A stretch of DNA of 48,932 nt from a virus (lineage: Duplodnaviria > Caudoviricetes), in IMG/VR virus record IMGVR_UViG_3300025534_000012, positions 1 through 48,932 of that record; one strand, written 5' to 3'. Positions within the stretch are counted from its first letter, which is position 1, and each line of letters starts with the position of its first letter. The notes beneath the pieces were generated by a model. The model made no database searches. It was not told the origin of the DNA and worked only from the letters and a program-made list of their open reading frames with translations. Made by a program: the position numbers and the translations under genes. Below are positions 29,245 to 39,647 of this stretch, one piece after another.

Positions 29245-29433
29245 GTGACAAAACTCGATAAAGCCGTTCGCCGAATCGAATTTTACACACGTAAGGTAGC
29301 GGAATGCGGCGACCGTAGCCGTTGGGTTGGCCGCTGGGAAGCGCGAGCCCGCCGCAGCCAACGATTGATTGCGTACAAACCTCGACTCAACGCTTGGCTA
29401 AAGGAACAACCGAACCCTTTTCGTCAAACGTAA
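29245..29433 (+). CDS. small basic protein on the antisense strand
   Basis: Own promoter, AAGGAG RBS and GTG start. Confidence 0.6.
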   Translation: MTKLDKAVRRIEFYTRKVAECGDRSRWVGRWEARARRSQRLIAYKPRLNAWLKEQPNPFRQT

Positions 29434-29539
29434 AGCCATTCCGTTCGGCAATCGCTAGCACTTCGTCATAGTCGGGCTCGCGTGGGTCGGCGATAATGGC
29501 GAGCAAGCGGGCGAAGTCCTTTTCGTTAATTTTACGCAT
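29387..29539 (-). CDS. small hypothetical protein (about 50 aa)
   Basis: Overlaps the dut stop; MRKINEKDFARLLAII... Confidence 0.5.
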   Translation of the reverse strand: MRKINEKDFARLLAIIADPREPDYDEVLAIAERNGFTFDEKGSVVPLAKR

Positions 29540-30155
29540 TGGCATCGTCCTCCTCGTAAATCTCGTCGCCTTTGCCCCACGGGTCAGTCGACATAATGTG
29601 CGCGCTCACTCCCGTTGAGCCAAATCCGCCAGTGCCGCGTTCGCTTTCGCTCAGTTCATTAACTTCCGTAATGATTGCGTGAGGAACGGCGTTAATGACG
29701 GCTTGCGCGATGCGGTCGCCTTTGCGGATTAAATATGACCCTATCGCGAATTCATCCCATACATTGAAATAATCGGATGCACGTAAAATGTTACCGGTGA
29801 TGTCGATTAGTTCGTCATCATAAGGACCGGCGTCATAATCGAAGTTATCGACAATCACGTTAATCTCGCCCCTATATGAAGCGTCCACCGTGCCGAGTTG
29901 CACGCGCAGTTTCGTTTTTAGCGTAATTCCCGATCGCGGCCGAATTTGCATTTCGTAGCCCGGCGGTAACTCAAACGCAAGGCCTGTCGGCACCTTAACG
30001 GTTTCGCCCGGCTCGACGATTACGTCCTCTACCGCGACTAAATCGAAGCCCGCGTCGCCTTCGTGTGCATATTTCGGTATTACTGCGTCGGGGTGTAGCC
30101 GTTTAACTTTGACGGGAATTTGCGGTTTGATGATTTGCGCGTCGTGTTCGTTCAT
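29532..30155 (-). CDS. dut: trimeric dUTPase
   Basis: AGFDL, RPRSG, GTVDASYRGE, GDRIAQ, RGTGGFGSTG. Confidence 0.95.
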   Translation of the reverse strand: MNEHDAQIIKPQIPVKVKRLHPDAVIPKYAHEGDAGFDLVAVEDVIVEPGETVKVPTGLAFELPPGYEMQIRPRSGITLKTKLRVQLGTVDASYRGEINVIVDNFDYDAGPYDDELIDITGNILRASDYFNVWDEFAIGSYLIRKGDRIAQAVINAVPHAIITEVNELSESERGTGGFGSTGVSAHIMSTDPWGKGDEIYEEDDANA

Positions 30156-30156
30156 T

Positions 30157-30318
30157 TTATCGACTCCTTCGTTTCACTAATTCGTTATATTCTGCTATCC
30201 ATTCAAGTGGTATCAGGTGCTCTCCGTCCATATACCGAGTGACTGCGTCAATTATTTCGTTCAATCGCTCGTATTCCCTTACGAATCTTGGCGGTATTCC
30301 TAACGGTGGTTTATTCAT
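30157..30318 (-). CDS. small hypothetical protein (53 aa)
   Basis: MNKPPLGIPPR...PLEWIAEYNEL; tightly packed between neighbours. Confidence 0.55.
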   Translation of the reverse strand: MNKPPLGIPPRFVREYERLNEIIDAVTRYMDGEHLIPLEWIAEYNELVKRRSR

Positions 30319-30648
30319 TTATTCGCCCACCTTTCGTAGGATATATAACTTTCCGTCATGGTCAACGATTTTATATCCGTTATGATATACCGCATTGAAA
30401 TCGGTGACTTTTGCCTTGTAGGTAACGTCTGGGCCAGCATAAATACATGAGACAGTACCGAAGATACCGTATAACATAAACGATGCACAGATAATTAACG
30501 CTATAACATTGTCTTTAGAAAACCCACCACTTACTATTTCTAAAATTACCCCAACTGTCGCTAACCCCGTAAACAATGCTACCGCGCTAAACAAAACGAG
30601 CATAAATACAAATAAACCCCAATGCGTCGTCTGTGCTAAAATTTCCAC
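30319..30648 (-). CDS. membrane protein
   Basis: Two hydrophobic segments. Confidence 0.6.
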   Translation of the reverse strand: MEILAQTTHWGLFVFMLVLFSAVALFTGLATVGVILEIVSGGFSKDNVIALIICASFMLYGIFGTVSCIYAGPDVTYKAKVTDFNAVYHNGYKIVDHDGKLYILRKVGE

Positions 30649-30745
30649 GTTATCACCCCTTTGTATTTACATTGGCGGGCGTATCCACCCGCCTTGCCTT
30701 CCTAACGTATTATACAAACGTGATTTGCATTTCGCACAAATTCGT

Positions 30746-33414
30746 TTATAAGCCGCATTTTAACTGCGCCCCACAATTATCGCAAGTAGCGCAGCCACCG
30801 ATCTCGCGCACGGTTCCTTCACGGCAAATCGGACACGTATCGCCGATTTCATTACCGATATTTACGTTTGTCGATCGAACATCTTTGACGGTGTTAGTAA
30901 GCACGATTTTTGGCGTTATAACGTCATCAAACGTATTTTCCTCGGCTGTCAGCGATAACACTTGCGCGTCGCGCGACCCGTCAACGTAAACCGTTCCGCC
31001 TTTTGCGCCGCCTTTGTAAAGCCGTTCGTAAATTCGCTGTACTTGGTCGACGCCGTAACCTTTCGGTGCGTTAACGGTTTTCGATAACGACGAGTCTACC
31101 CAGCGTTGAATAACGCATTGTGTGTCCGCGTGTTGTTCCGGTGATAAGTCCATCGCGCTAACGAAATAGTCCGGTAGATTATCGCCATCAAAGCCGAGCT
31201 CCGTTACGATGTCCGCGTTTACTTCGATAAACTTGCCGAGTCGGCCACTGCGGTAGTATTTAAACGAGAAATACGGTTCTAGACCGGTGGACACCCCGAT
31301 CATGGTGCCGGTTGAACCCGTTGGCGCAACGGTAAGTAAATGCGAGTTACGGATTCCGTATTTTAATACGTCCTCGCGAATATCATCGGGCATATTGCGC
31401 ATATAACCAGTCCAGACGAAATTGTGTCGGTTACCATAACCGTGTTCATCGTCTAAAAACGGAAAACTTCCTTTTTCCTTCGCTAATTCGATAGACGCGC
31501 TGTAAGCCGTTGTTGCGATTGTCTCGAATAATTTGTCGACTAACTCATTGGCTTCCGCGCTCCCGTAGGTCAGTCCGCAATAAAGAAGTAAGTCATGCAA
31601 GCCCATGACGCCAAGTCCGATACGGCGTTCGCCAAGCGCTTGCCAGCGGTTTTCTGCGAGAAAGTACGGTGTGGCGTCGATAACGTTGTCCTGCATTCGC
31701 ACGCCAACTTCTACGGTACGTTTAAGTTTTGCCCAATCTACGGTTTTATTCGCTTTGTCCGCCATGTTGGCGAGGTTTACTGCGGCCAAATTACATACAG
31801 ACCACGGTGCGAGCGGTTGCTCCGATTGCTCGCGCCTGCGTTTCCGCAGGGATCGGACTATCGCTTCACCATTACGGTGCCGAATCGCTTAGTCTCTCAC
31901 GCTGCACGGTTTACACCTGCTTGCGCCCTGTTGCCCGCGGCTTTCGCCGGTAGGGTTCCAAGTCAATCAGATTCGGTTTTTAACGTGAGGCAAGCCGTTT
32001 AATGCATACCACACGGGTTCGTTGCGACGACCTTTTGACCGTATGCCTTTGCGTTGGTCTTGTCGTTTGCGTTGTCGATAAAGAAAATACCGGGCTCAGC
32101 GCTGTATGTTGCGCAGAAACAAATCAATTGCCATAGCTCACGAGCCTTAACGGTTCGGTACGTTTTAATCGCGAGTGGCCATTCGCGCACGTCGCCGCAC
32201 TCGTGCCAATGCTCGTTATAATACGCCATTTCTTCGGCGTTGTACGACTCAACGTCTGGGAATCGTAATTCGTACTTTACGTCGTCCTCGACGGCTTCCA
32301 TAAAATCAGCGGTAATCGCAACAGAAATGTTAGCACCGGTTAAAAAGTCGGGGTTAACGACTTCATATGTGCCGCCGTCGGCTAGTTTTTCTTGCGCTTT
32401 TTTATATGCAGTCGAACCTGGATCAAGCCGCAATAACGCCTGTTCGTATATTTCACGGTCATCGTCCGATAACGGTTTAAATTTCAGTTTCGCTTTGGCT
32501 AACCGCTTAATTTCGGGGTCAGCGAAGTTTTCCGTAAGATACCGCAAAATGCGTGGGTTTTGCATTTTTGAGATGATAAATTCGATAATATCGGGGTGCC
32601 AACATGCCAATAAAATCATTTGCGCTCCCCTTCGCGAACCGCCTTGCTCGACTAAATGCGTTAACTGCGCAATATCGTTAAGCCACGAAACCGATCCGCT
32701 AGACTTGCCGCCAACACCACGCGCAAGGGCAAGGCGTGGCCGTAACGTGGATCCGTTTGTGCCGACGCCGCCGCCTCGCGCCATGATTTCCATAACTTTA
32801 CCGCGATGCTCTGCGATTCCTTCGCGTGAATCTTTCGGGTACGGCATTACGAAGCAATTAAAGAATGTAACCTCATTACCACTACCTGCTCCGTAAAGTA
32901 TGCGTCCGGCGGGCACGAAATTATCTGATACGATTTCGCGGTAAAAATCGGCGTGTGCTTGCTCGCGTTTTGCCTCATCGGTTTCAACCGCAGCCAATCC
33001 TCGTGCCACGCGGTCAGCGATTTGCTCGTAGAATATTTCGAGTGGCTTTTCGATCAATTCGAGTGGGCGCACAACAACGCCGGTTTTCGCTTCTTCTTCG
33101 GTTAGCCCGTTTGTTCCGAGAAAATCTTCGTCAAGCGCAATCGTCGCTCGGTTATGCTTACGGTCAAGCTTCGTAATAAACCCGAGCACTAGCGCCGGAA
33201 ACTTCGGATCATCGTTAACTTTGACGATAACAAAATCGCCTTCGCTCAGCGTGCGCTTTTCGATGTCTTTAAACGCATATCGGTCAAGCATAACGAGTTG
33301 GCTTACGCCTTTTCGCGTGATATGGAAATCCGGTTTTATCGGCGTAACTTGCGGAAACACCGCAATATCTTCGTTTAGTTTACGTATATATGAATCGGTA
33401 AATGTCGTTGTCAA
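30746..33414 (-). CDS. nrdJ: class II (B12-dependent) ribonucleotide reductase, spliced: exons 33414-32008 and 31822-30746, 827 aa
   Basis: TNPCG|EQPL...CNL restored by splicing; RRIGLG, APTG, C-terminal zinc ribbon; no beta-subunit gene nearby. Confidence 0.9.
31823..32007 (-). ncRNA. group I intron (185 nt, no ORF) in nrdJ
   Basis: U/G boundaries; P1 CGUGuGGU/GCCuCACG; P10 GCUU/GAGC; P7 GAGAGACUA...GAUAGUCC. Confidence 0.9.
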
Positions 33415-33623
33415 TCTCCCGCCTCCTGTTCTAGTCTCCGTATAAACTCGACTAAAGCAGCCTTGCGCGCCAGCAACCGTTCGCGCTCGGCTTCTAGCTC
33501 GATTAGTTTCGTTTGGTACCGCTTTTTGTCGCGCTCGACTTGGCGCAGGTCGTCGTCAGTGTCCGCGAGTAGTTGCCGGAACTCGCCGATCGCGCCATGC
33601 GCTGCTTGTCGGTAATGCGGCAT
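33411..33623 (-). CDS. small coiled-coil protein
   Basis: Coupled to neighbours on both sides. Confidence 0.6.
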   Translation of the reverse strand: MPHYRQAAHGAIGEFRQLLADTDDDLRQVERDKKRYQTKLIELEAERERLLARKAALVEFIRRLEQEAGD

Positions 33624-33820
33624 TAGTCATCGCCCTCCGGCTTGCTCGCGAACATTTCCGCGGTAATCATCAGCCGCTGCGTCACGCCCTCACGGTAGCC
33701 GGCGTAGTGCCCGCGTTTATACGTGATGTCGCCGGCTATCGCGATTAAGGCGATAATAGCGATTGTTATAAACGGATGGTCGGCGGTAATCGCGGAGAGT
33801 TGGCGTAGGAAGTCGATCAC
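33623..33820 (-). CDS. small membrane protein
   Basis: GTGA overlap; one transmembrane segment. Confidence 0.55.
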   Translation of the reverse strand: MIDFLRQLSAITADHPFITIAIIALIAIAGDITYKRGHYAGYREGVTQRLMITAEMFASKPEGDD

Positions 33821-33972
33821 TGCGTCATCACTCCGTGGATCGCTAACAAGCCGTTTATTACCGCCAAGGCACCGAGACACAGCGTCCAGCCCCAACGCCC
33901 TTCACGAGCACTATCCGCGGCCACAACCGTACAAAGGCCGCAAGCAAACGCGTTAAATATCGTAATGAACAT
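33817..33972 (-). CDS. small membrane protein (51 aa)
   Basis: AAGGAG RBS; MFITIFNAFACG...; hydrophobic. Confidence 0.5.
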   Translation of the reverse strand: MFITIFNAFACGLCTVVAADSAREGRWGWTLCLGALAVINGLLAIHGVMTQ

Positions 33973-33977
33973 AAACG

Positions 33978-34115
33978 TCACTCCTTCGCTTCCATTCGCA
34001 GTAAGATTGCGAGCCCTAATGAAAACAGCCCACCTAGCTTGTCACCCGCGAAGAAAAATTCGCAACCAGCATCTATCAACGCCACAAGTGATAGAATACG
34101 TAAAAATGTTTTCAC
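33978..34115 (-). CDS. small membrane protein (45 aa)
   Basis: GTGA overlap with ruvC; MKTFLRILSLVALI... Confidence 0.5.
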   Translation of the reverse strand: MKTFLRILSLVALIDAGCEFFFAGDKLGGLFSLGLAILLRMEAKE

Positions 34116-34639
34116 CTTATAATCATCCCTTGTTGTATCGCATAAGCTAGCGCAACCGCGGCCGCGTCCGATTCGTCATCAACCGCAAACTCGCCCGTAT
34201 ACCCCGTCCACTTGCGCACGGCATCAGCCACATCGGTTTTTTCCGCTTTGCCGACGCCAACCACCGTTTTCTTAACGCTGGACTGCGATATGGCTGGCGC
34301 GGTGAAGTCGAGGCCGAATTTGTTCAGCGCGCGGTCACATGCACCCCATGCGCTGTAAACAGGGTGCGCTTGTTTGCTCGTTCGGCCAACAAAATCCTCA
34401 CGTACTATTGCTTCGAATCCCTTTTCGTAATGCTTCGCGATAAACGCGATCGCCCACGCCTCAACAATTTCAGCGCGGAGTCCCTGCGGTTGTTTGCTAG
34501 ACGTAGTAACGTGCGACATGTCGAGGATTCGCGCTTTACCGTCGGCCACTTCGATTAAGGCGACGCCCGGCCGTCCCATACTCGTGTCAAAGGCGAGAAT
34601 TCTAACCGAAGGTCTGCGGATTGGCTTCGATTTAGTCAT
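34112..34639 (-). CDS. RuvC-like Holliday junction resolvase
   Basis: ILAFDTS, VRE, VKKTVVG.GKAEK..V, DESDAAAVA. Confidence 0.85.
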   Translation of the reverse strand: MTKSKPIRRPSVRILAFDTSMGRPGVALIEVADGKARILDMSHVTTSSKQPQGLRAEIVEAWAIAFIAKHYEKGFEAIVREDFVGRTSKQAHPVYSAWGACDRALNKFGLDFTAPAISQSSVKKTVVGVGKAEKTDVADAVRKWTGYTGEFAVDDESDAAAVALAYAIQQGMIIR

Positions 34640-34940
34640 CGGCTAACCTAATACCGTAATTTTGACCGCGTTTTACGAACGTCCAACGTCCTGTTACTTC
34701 TTTTCCGTTAAGGCCTTTTCTCGTCATGAGGTCGTCAAAATCCGTCATAAACATTTCGTATTGGCGATCTTTTGAATCCGTAAATGCAATTGTTGCGCTT
34801 GACCTTCCGCGATAATATGTCTTATATGTTAATGTTTCTTCGAACTCGTAATTATCTCGCCATTCGTTCGGATTGTAAGGATAGCTTTGTAAACTACCGT
34901 TCTCTGAAAATGGGATTTGATATTGTCCTTTTTTAGCCAA
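34632..34940 (-). CDS. hypothetical protein
   Basis: 102 aa, RBS present. Confidence 0.65.
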   Translation of the reverse strand: MAKKGQYQIPFSENGSLQSYPYNPNEWRDNYEFEETLTYKTYYRGRSSATIAFTDSKDRQYEMFMTDFDDLMTRKGLNGKEVTGRWTFVKRGQNYGIRLADD

Positions 34941-35933
34941 TCAAACCGCCTCCTTTGCGCGAATCTCCTTAATTTGCGCCAACGCCGACACCGGCCCCGC
35001 CTTCTGCCAATCCGGCAAACTCGAATGTCTTATGCGTCTGACTTGCCGTTCTAAATCCGCCACTTCTTCGTCGCTTAAATCGAGCGCGCACGCCGTTTTA
35101 TAGTTGTTGAAATTCCATTTCCACAGGTCGAGCACAGGCGGCCGCCCCGTTTCCACCGCGTCAAGCACATCCGCGAACTTATCGAAAAGTGCCAGTCGAT
35201 CGGCCTCCGTAATATTGATGTAAAACGCGCGGATGTCGGGATTTTTCGCGTATTTATCGTCGTCGATGACCCAACCGTCTTTTGCCGCATTTACGTAAAG
35301 AATCACGTAATGGTCAACGCCATACATTGCGCTATAAGCCACGACTTGGCGCGCGTGATCCTCCTTCGGATGGCGCAATTTATAAAGCGACGTTTGCGCC
35401 GCGCTCGTCTGTTTCGATTTTATTTCGAGGCCCACGCGGATAACTTCGCCGTCGTCCGTTGTGTATCGCATGATGCCGTCGGGCGTTCCGTAAAGATAAA
35501 ACGTATGACCGCGATGGGTAACTTCGTGGTTCTTTTTCGCGAAGTCCTCGAACATTGGCCGACCGTCGGGCGTGCGCTCGAATACGAAGCGCGGCGGATT
35601 ACCCGTTACTTTTTCGAAGTGTTTTTCGATAAACAAAATGTCGCGCTGAATGAGGTCGCCAATTGCCGTGCCTAAACGCGTCCAGCGGCCTCTATACGGT
35701 GGCTGACCGGTAACGTCCTTCTTCGCACCTTTCGCTTTGACGTACAATTCGCGCGGGCAACTGTTAGCGGCCGACGGCGAGAAGTACGGTCGTTTCGGGA
35801 AAACAACCGGCGGGTCTGCGTACCACCGGTGAATCTGCGCGTCGAGCTCGTTATCCCACGTTTCCGGGCGTGAATGCCATTCGTCGAGCATCGCGATGAA
35901 ATCGCCTTCTATTTGCGCTCCTAGATTCGTCAA
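34941..35933 (-). CDS. PD-(D/E)XK recombination nuclease
   Basis: SPS...CPRELY, GTPDG, EIKSK, QVVAY. Confidence 0.8.
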   Translation of the reverse strand: MTNLGAQIEGDFIAMLDEWHSRPETWDNELDAQIHRWYADPPVVFPKRPYFSPSAANSCPRELYVKAKGAKKDVTGQPPYRGRWTRLGTAIGDLIQRDILFIEKHFEKVTGNPPRFVFERTPDGRPMFEDFAKKNHEVTHRGHTFYLYGTPDGIMRYTTDDGEVIRVGLEIKSKQTSAAQTSLYKLRHPKEDHARQVVAYSAMYGVDHYVILYVNAAKDGWVIDDDKYAKNPDIRAFYINITEADRLALFDKFADVLDAVETGRPPVLDLWKWNFNNYKTACALDLSDEEVADLERQVRRIRHSSLPDWQKAGPVSALAQIKEIRAKEAV

Positions 35934-36185
35934 TTAGTCGCCCTCCTTCATCAATTCCGTGATTTTATCGATCGGCTGAACGCCAGTTAATCGTATTTGC
36001 TCGCCGTTGTAGCGGTCAATCAGCAAAACGGGCACGGCCGTTAAGTCGTACCGCTCGATTGCATCGGGCTGTTCCGTGATGTCGATCGTATCGTATGGAA
36101 TGCCCGCGCCGTCGAGTGCGGTTTGCATCGCGATACATGCATGGCATATCGGCTGGCTTCGTTTAATTAGCGTTAGTTTCGACAT
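35934..36185 (-). CDS. thioredoxin/glutaredoxin-like protein
   Basis: CHAC and AVPV motifs. Confidence 0.8.
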   Translation of the reverse strand: MSKLTLIKRSQPICHACIAMQTALDGAGIPYDTIDITEQPDAIERYDLTAVPVLLIDRYNGEQIRLTGVQPIDKITELMKEGD

Positions 36186-38340
36186 TGACGGCCTCCTTTC
36201 CAAACCATTCTTCCTCGCTGACTTTCATCTGCCATCTTTCCGGATATATCTCAATGTCGCATTTAATCGGGCACCGAAGTTTTACCGCATTTGCCATAGT
36301 ATCTCTGATAATATGAAGAGATTCTCTGTCAATATTGCGCGGGCAGTCAAAAAGCACTTCATCATGGCACTGCAAGAGAATATAGGAATCAAATTCTGGT
36401 AAAATCTTAACCAAGTCAACAATTGCTTTTTTCAATATTGATCCTGCGCTTGCTTGAATCGGAAAGTTGCCGGCTTGGCGTTGTGCCGCGAAAACTCTCC
36501 ACTTTTCCTTTGATTTAACTTCATTGTGAAGCCTGCGCTTACGCCCAAATATATCCGTAACATAGCCTTGCTGCATGATTTTACGGTGTTGTTCGTCCAT
36601 GTACCGTTTAATGCCGGGATAACCGCGAAAATAATCGTCAATGATCTTTTGCGCTTCTTCTTTCGTGATTTCAAGCGTATCAGCAAGTTTACTCGCCCCC
36701 ATTCCGTAAACAATACCGAAATTAACGATTTTCGCTTGCTTACGTAATTTCTGCTGTGGCGACCCGTCCGTATCCTTTTCGGCTTCGATTTCTTCATACA
36801 TATATTTACCCGCGCTTATTAACGCGGCGGTCGTTGAGTGAATATCGCGGCCGTGTTTAAACGCTTCAATAAGCACGGACTCATTCGCCATATGTGCTAA
36901 CACACGCAGCTCAATTTGTGAATAGTCAATGGAAACGAGAATACGATCGGGCCCTTTCGCTTTAAACAAGTGACGTATTTCCGGCCGCTTTGCGGGAATC
37001 TGTTGCGTGTTAGGATTCGCGCAAGTAAATCGACCTGTCGCGGCTCCATACGTGTTATGCCACGGATGAATTAAGCCGTCGCGTTTAACGTCATTTGGTA
37101 ATTTTTGCGTAAAGGCCGAACGTAACTTACCAATTTCCTTATACTCGAGAAACAACGGGATAACTGGATGTTCCTTTTTCAGCTTTTTGATAAAGCGGTT
37201 ATTGGTCGAACCCTTTCCGTAATCCGTTAAACCTAACTCACCGAAAAACTTTGCACTCACTTGTGCCGGCGAATTAAGGTTAATTTCCTCGCCGAGATAA
37301 CCGTGTATTTTTCGTTCTAGCTCCGCTTCTTCTTCAGCTAACTTCGCGTCCAACTCGCGGGCACGGTCAACGTCAAACTTTACTCCGCGTAAGTCGGCTT
37401 TGATAAACTCGCGGCACACTGGCATTTCAATCTCGAAAATCAATCGCTTAATGTCCGCGAGTCGATCGGTATTTAAATGTCGCATGATCCAATCGTAAAG
37501 TTTTAACGTTTTATCCGTATCGCCTGCCGCGTAAGGTAGCGCAACGTCAAGCGGAATCTCGTTAAACGGTGTTTTACCGAAAAGCTCATCGAAGTTATCG
37601 CTCGGTTCGTGTAACCAATCGGTCAATAGGTTTTTAAGGCGGTGGTCGCGGTTCTCATCGAGTGCCATCGCCATAATACGAGTGTCAGCGTGTAACGTAT
37701 CGATTAAGTTAATTCCGTATTGAACCGCAAACCATTTACAATCGAAAGGTGCGTTATGCATAACGCTTGGTTTCGTTTCAAGTAATTTTCGCAACTCCGC
37801 AGGTATTTCGTTAAGTTGCGTTCCAGTTGCGTGGTTTAACGGTACGTAAAACGAGTGCTCACGTGTTGATACCGAAAAGCCAGCCATGCGGCCTTTCCAC
37901 GGGTCAAGCGCGCCATCATCTTCGCCGAACGTTTCGCAGTCAATCGCGATAAGGTCGGCCGCACGAATAACATCGATCATAAACGCCATTGACTCGGCTG
38001 TGTTAACGAGATGGTAATTATCCGGCGTATTTTCGACCATTCGGCGCAGTGTTTCCGCACGCCGGCGCTCGACTAACTCCGCGTACCGCCGCAGCGCCTC
38101 CGCCTTGCTGAACGCCTTGGGCCGGCCGGTTTTCGTGTATTTATCCTCGCTCAGCCGCGTCATGCGCCCCGCGTCAAACTCCGCTTTGACTTCGATTAGT
38201 TTAGCGCGATCGGCGTCCGTTAGCTTCATCGCGAATATTTTCGCCCAATCTTCGGCTGACACTTCGGGCGCCGGCGTCTTGGCTTGCGCTTGCTTGCGTC
38301 GGGCGATTCGGCCGCCGTCGGTATTTAACCGCAAATTCAC
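36163..38340 (-). CDS. polA: family A DNA polymerase with 3'-5' exonuclease
   Basis: DCET, HNAPFD, DYSQIELR, RKQAKIVNFGIVYG, HDE. Confidence 0.95.
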   Translation of the reverse strand: MNLRLNTDGGRIARRKQAQAKTPAPEVSAEDWAKIFAMKLTDADRAKLIEVKAEFDAGRMTRLSEDKYTKTGRPKAFSKAEALRRYAELVERRRAETLRRMVENTPDNYHLVNTAESMAFMIDVIRAADLIAIDCETFGEDDGALDPWKGRMAGFSVSTREHSFYVPLNHATGTQLNEIPAELRKLLETKPSVMHNAPFDCKWFAVQYGINLIDTLHADTRIMAMALDENRDHRLKNLLTDWLHEPSDNFDELFGKTPFNEIPLDVALPYAAGDTDKTLKLYDWIMRHLNTDRLADIKRLIFEIEMPVCREFIKADLRGVKFDVDRARELDAKLAEEEAELERKIHGYLGEEINLNSPAQVSAKFFGELGLTDYGKGSTNNRFIKKLKKEHPVIPLFLEYKEIGKLRSAFTQKLPNDVKRDGLIHPWHNTYGAATGRFTCANPNTQQIPAKRPEIRHLFKAKGPDRILVSIDYSQIELRVLAHMANESVLIEAFKHGRDIHSTTAALISAGKYMYEEIEAEKDTDGSPQQKLRKQAKIVNFGIVYGMGASKLADTLEITKEEAQKIIDDYFRGYPGIKRYMDEQHRKIMQQGYVTDIFGRKRRLHNEVKSKEKWRVFAAQRQAGNFPIQASAGSILKKAIVDLVKILPEFDSYILLQCHDEVLFDCPRNIDRESLHIIRDTMANAVKLRCPIKCDIEIYPERWQMKVSEEEWFGKEAVNVETNAN

Positions 38341-38981
38341 ACGCCGACACTCCGGTATTCTTCACGGTCTGTATCGTCGATTACTTTTGCCGTCCAAAAT
38401 ATCGCCATGCGATTATCGCGGTTAATCGTATCAATATCGCGGTTATCCTGTACAACGTGCGTAAACGATTCTTTGCCGTTTAGATAATATTGAACAACGT
38501 CGCCAACCGCAACGCCTTCCGGTTTTGGCGCGTTTAGGTACTCGTCGGGCACGTCGAGCCCAAGCGCGCGACGAAGTGCGATGGCTTTACCGATGTCGGC
38601 GTTAAATACGTCATCGGGCGCGCATTTTGCGATGCCTTTTTCGTAAATTACTTCGCTACTCATACTTCTCACTAACGCAACGACCGTTCTTTTTTCACGA
38701 TTAACGATAAATTCCGGAACGGTTCTTAGATGACGAAAAACGTAATTACCTTCGTTAATATCCATGTTTTTATCCACCATTCGGTCGATCAACACATCAA
38801 CGTCGCGCATTGCCCGTGCCACGACTTCGGCGCGGGTTAGTTTTGACTCTTTCGCCAGCTTTTCGCCTATATCTTCTGTCACTTGATCGAGCCTTTCTTG
38901 TTTCCAAAATAGCGATTGCAATTCGAATATTTCTTCCGGCGTACCTTCGACTTTCCAACCGTTATTTAACGATGCTTTCAT
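38337..38981 (-). CDS. hypothetical phage protein
   Basis: GIAKCAPDDVFNADIGKAIALRRA motif common in Firmicutes phages. Confidence 0.7.
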   Translation of the reverse strand: MKASLNNGWKVEGTPEEIFELQSLFWKQERLDQVTEDIGEKLAKESKLTRAEVVARAMRDVDVLIDRMVDKNMDINEGNYVFRHLRTVPEFIVNREKRTVVALVRSMSSEVIYEKGIAKCAPDDVFNADIGKAIALRRALGLDVPDEYLNAPKPEGVAVGDVVQYYLNGKESFTHVVQDNRDIDTINRDNRMAIFWTAKVIDDTDREEYRSVGV

Positions 38982-38985
38982 TCGC

Positions 38986-39216
38986 TTATCCCTCCTCATG
39001 CGGCGTACACTCGATTACGTAACCATTAACGAGTGCACGCACAAGTGTCATAGGGTTAATATCGTTAAGAGCTTTCAATTTTTCAGACATCCAGTAATAA
39101 TCCGGATTGAATGCGCATTTAATCATATCTTCATCTGCGTACTCATAAAGTGTTTTCCGCGCATACTCAATTGCATCCGCAACTTCGCGCGGAATAACGA
39201 CTTTGCCTTCGTTCAT
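38986..39216 (-). CDS. DUF1642-like protein
   Basis: KVVIPREVADAIE...LVNGY. Confidence 0.65.
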   Translation of the reverse strand: MNEGKVVIPREVADAIEYARKTLYEYADEDMIKCAFNPDYYWMSEKLKALNDINPMTLVRALVNGYVIECTPHEEG

Positions 39217-39647
39217 AATTGCGCCTCCTTTTCGGCTAATTCCTTCGCGTAATTCGGCGTTATCTCCGTCCACCGCGACGTGTCACCGTATGCACCGCTC
39301 CAATATTCGCTTTTGCCCGTGCACGGCACTAGCCACGCGCGCGACCCGAGCACGCCGATCAGGTAATCGACTTCATCCGGCTGAAACGGCTCGCCATTCG
39401 ACTTGCGCGCGGGTATCACGTATTCGCCCCGTCGTTTTTCCGTGTCGCGCACGATGATAGTGCGTACTTGAATCCGTTTGATTTCACCGTCGGGCGTTTC
39501 CGCCCAAACGTCAGCGCCACTGTCGACTTCTGGGCGTGCCGTGTTCCAGCCCATCGCGTGTAAAGCCGACCGCGCAACCATGACGGATGCGCAGCCGATT
39601 TCAGACGTTGTCCTCGTTGTTCGCGTTTGTTTCGTTGTTGTCGTCAA
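39213..39647 (-). CDS. PD-(D/E)XK endonuclease-like protein resembling the group I intron-associated family
   Basis: D-VW...RIQVRT...DEVDYLIGV...WLVP. Confidence 0.55.
   Translation of the reverse strand: MTTTTKQTRTTRTTSEIGCASVMVARSALHAMGWNTARPEVDSGADVWAETPDGEIKRIQVRTIIVRDTEKRRGEYVIPARKSNGEPFQPDEVDYLIGVLGSRAWLVPCTGKSEYWSGAYGDTSRWTEITPNYAKELAEKEAQL

Noticed and set aside
30746-33414. nrdJ, capsid and minor head genes as frameshifted pseudogenes or natural split genes
   Set aside because: Group I intron boundaries and cores restore the conserved motifs exactly.
34941-35933. Cas4 adaptation gene for the CRISPR locus
   Set aside because: It lies over 5 kb away among recombination genes, lacks the full four-Cys cluster pattern, and there is no cas1/cas2.
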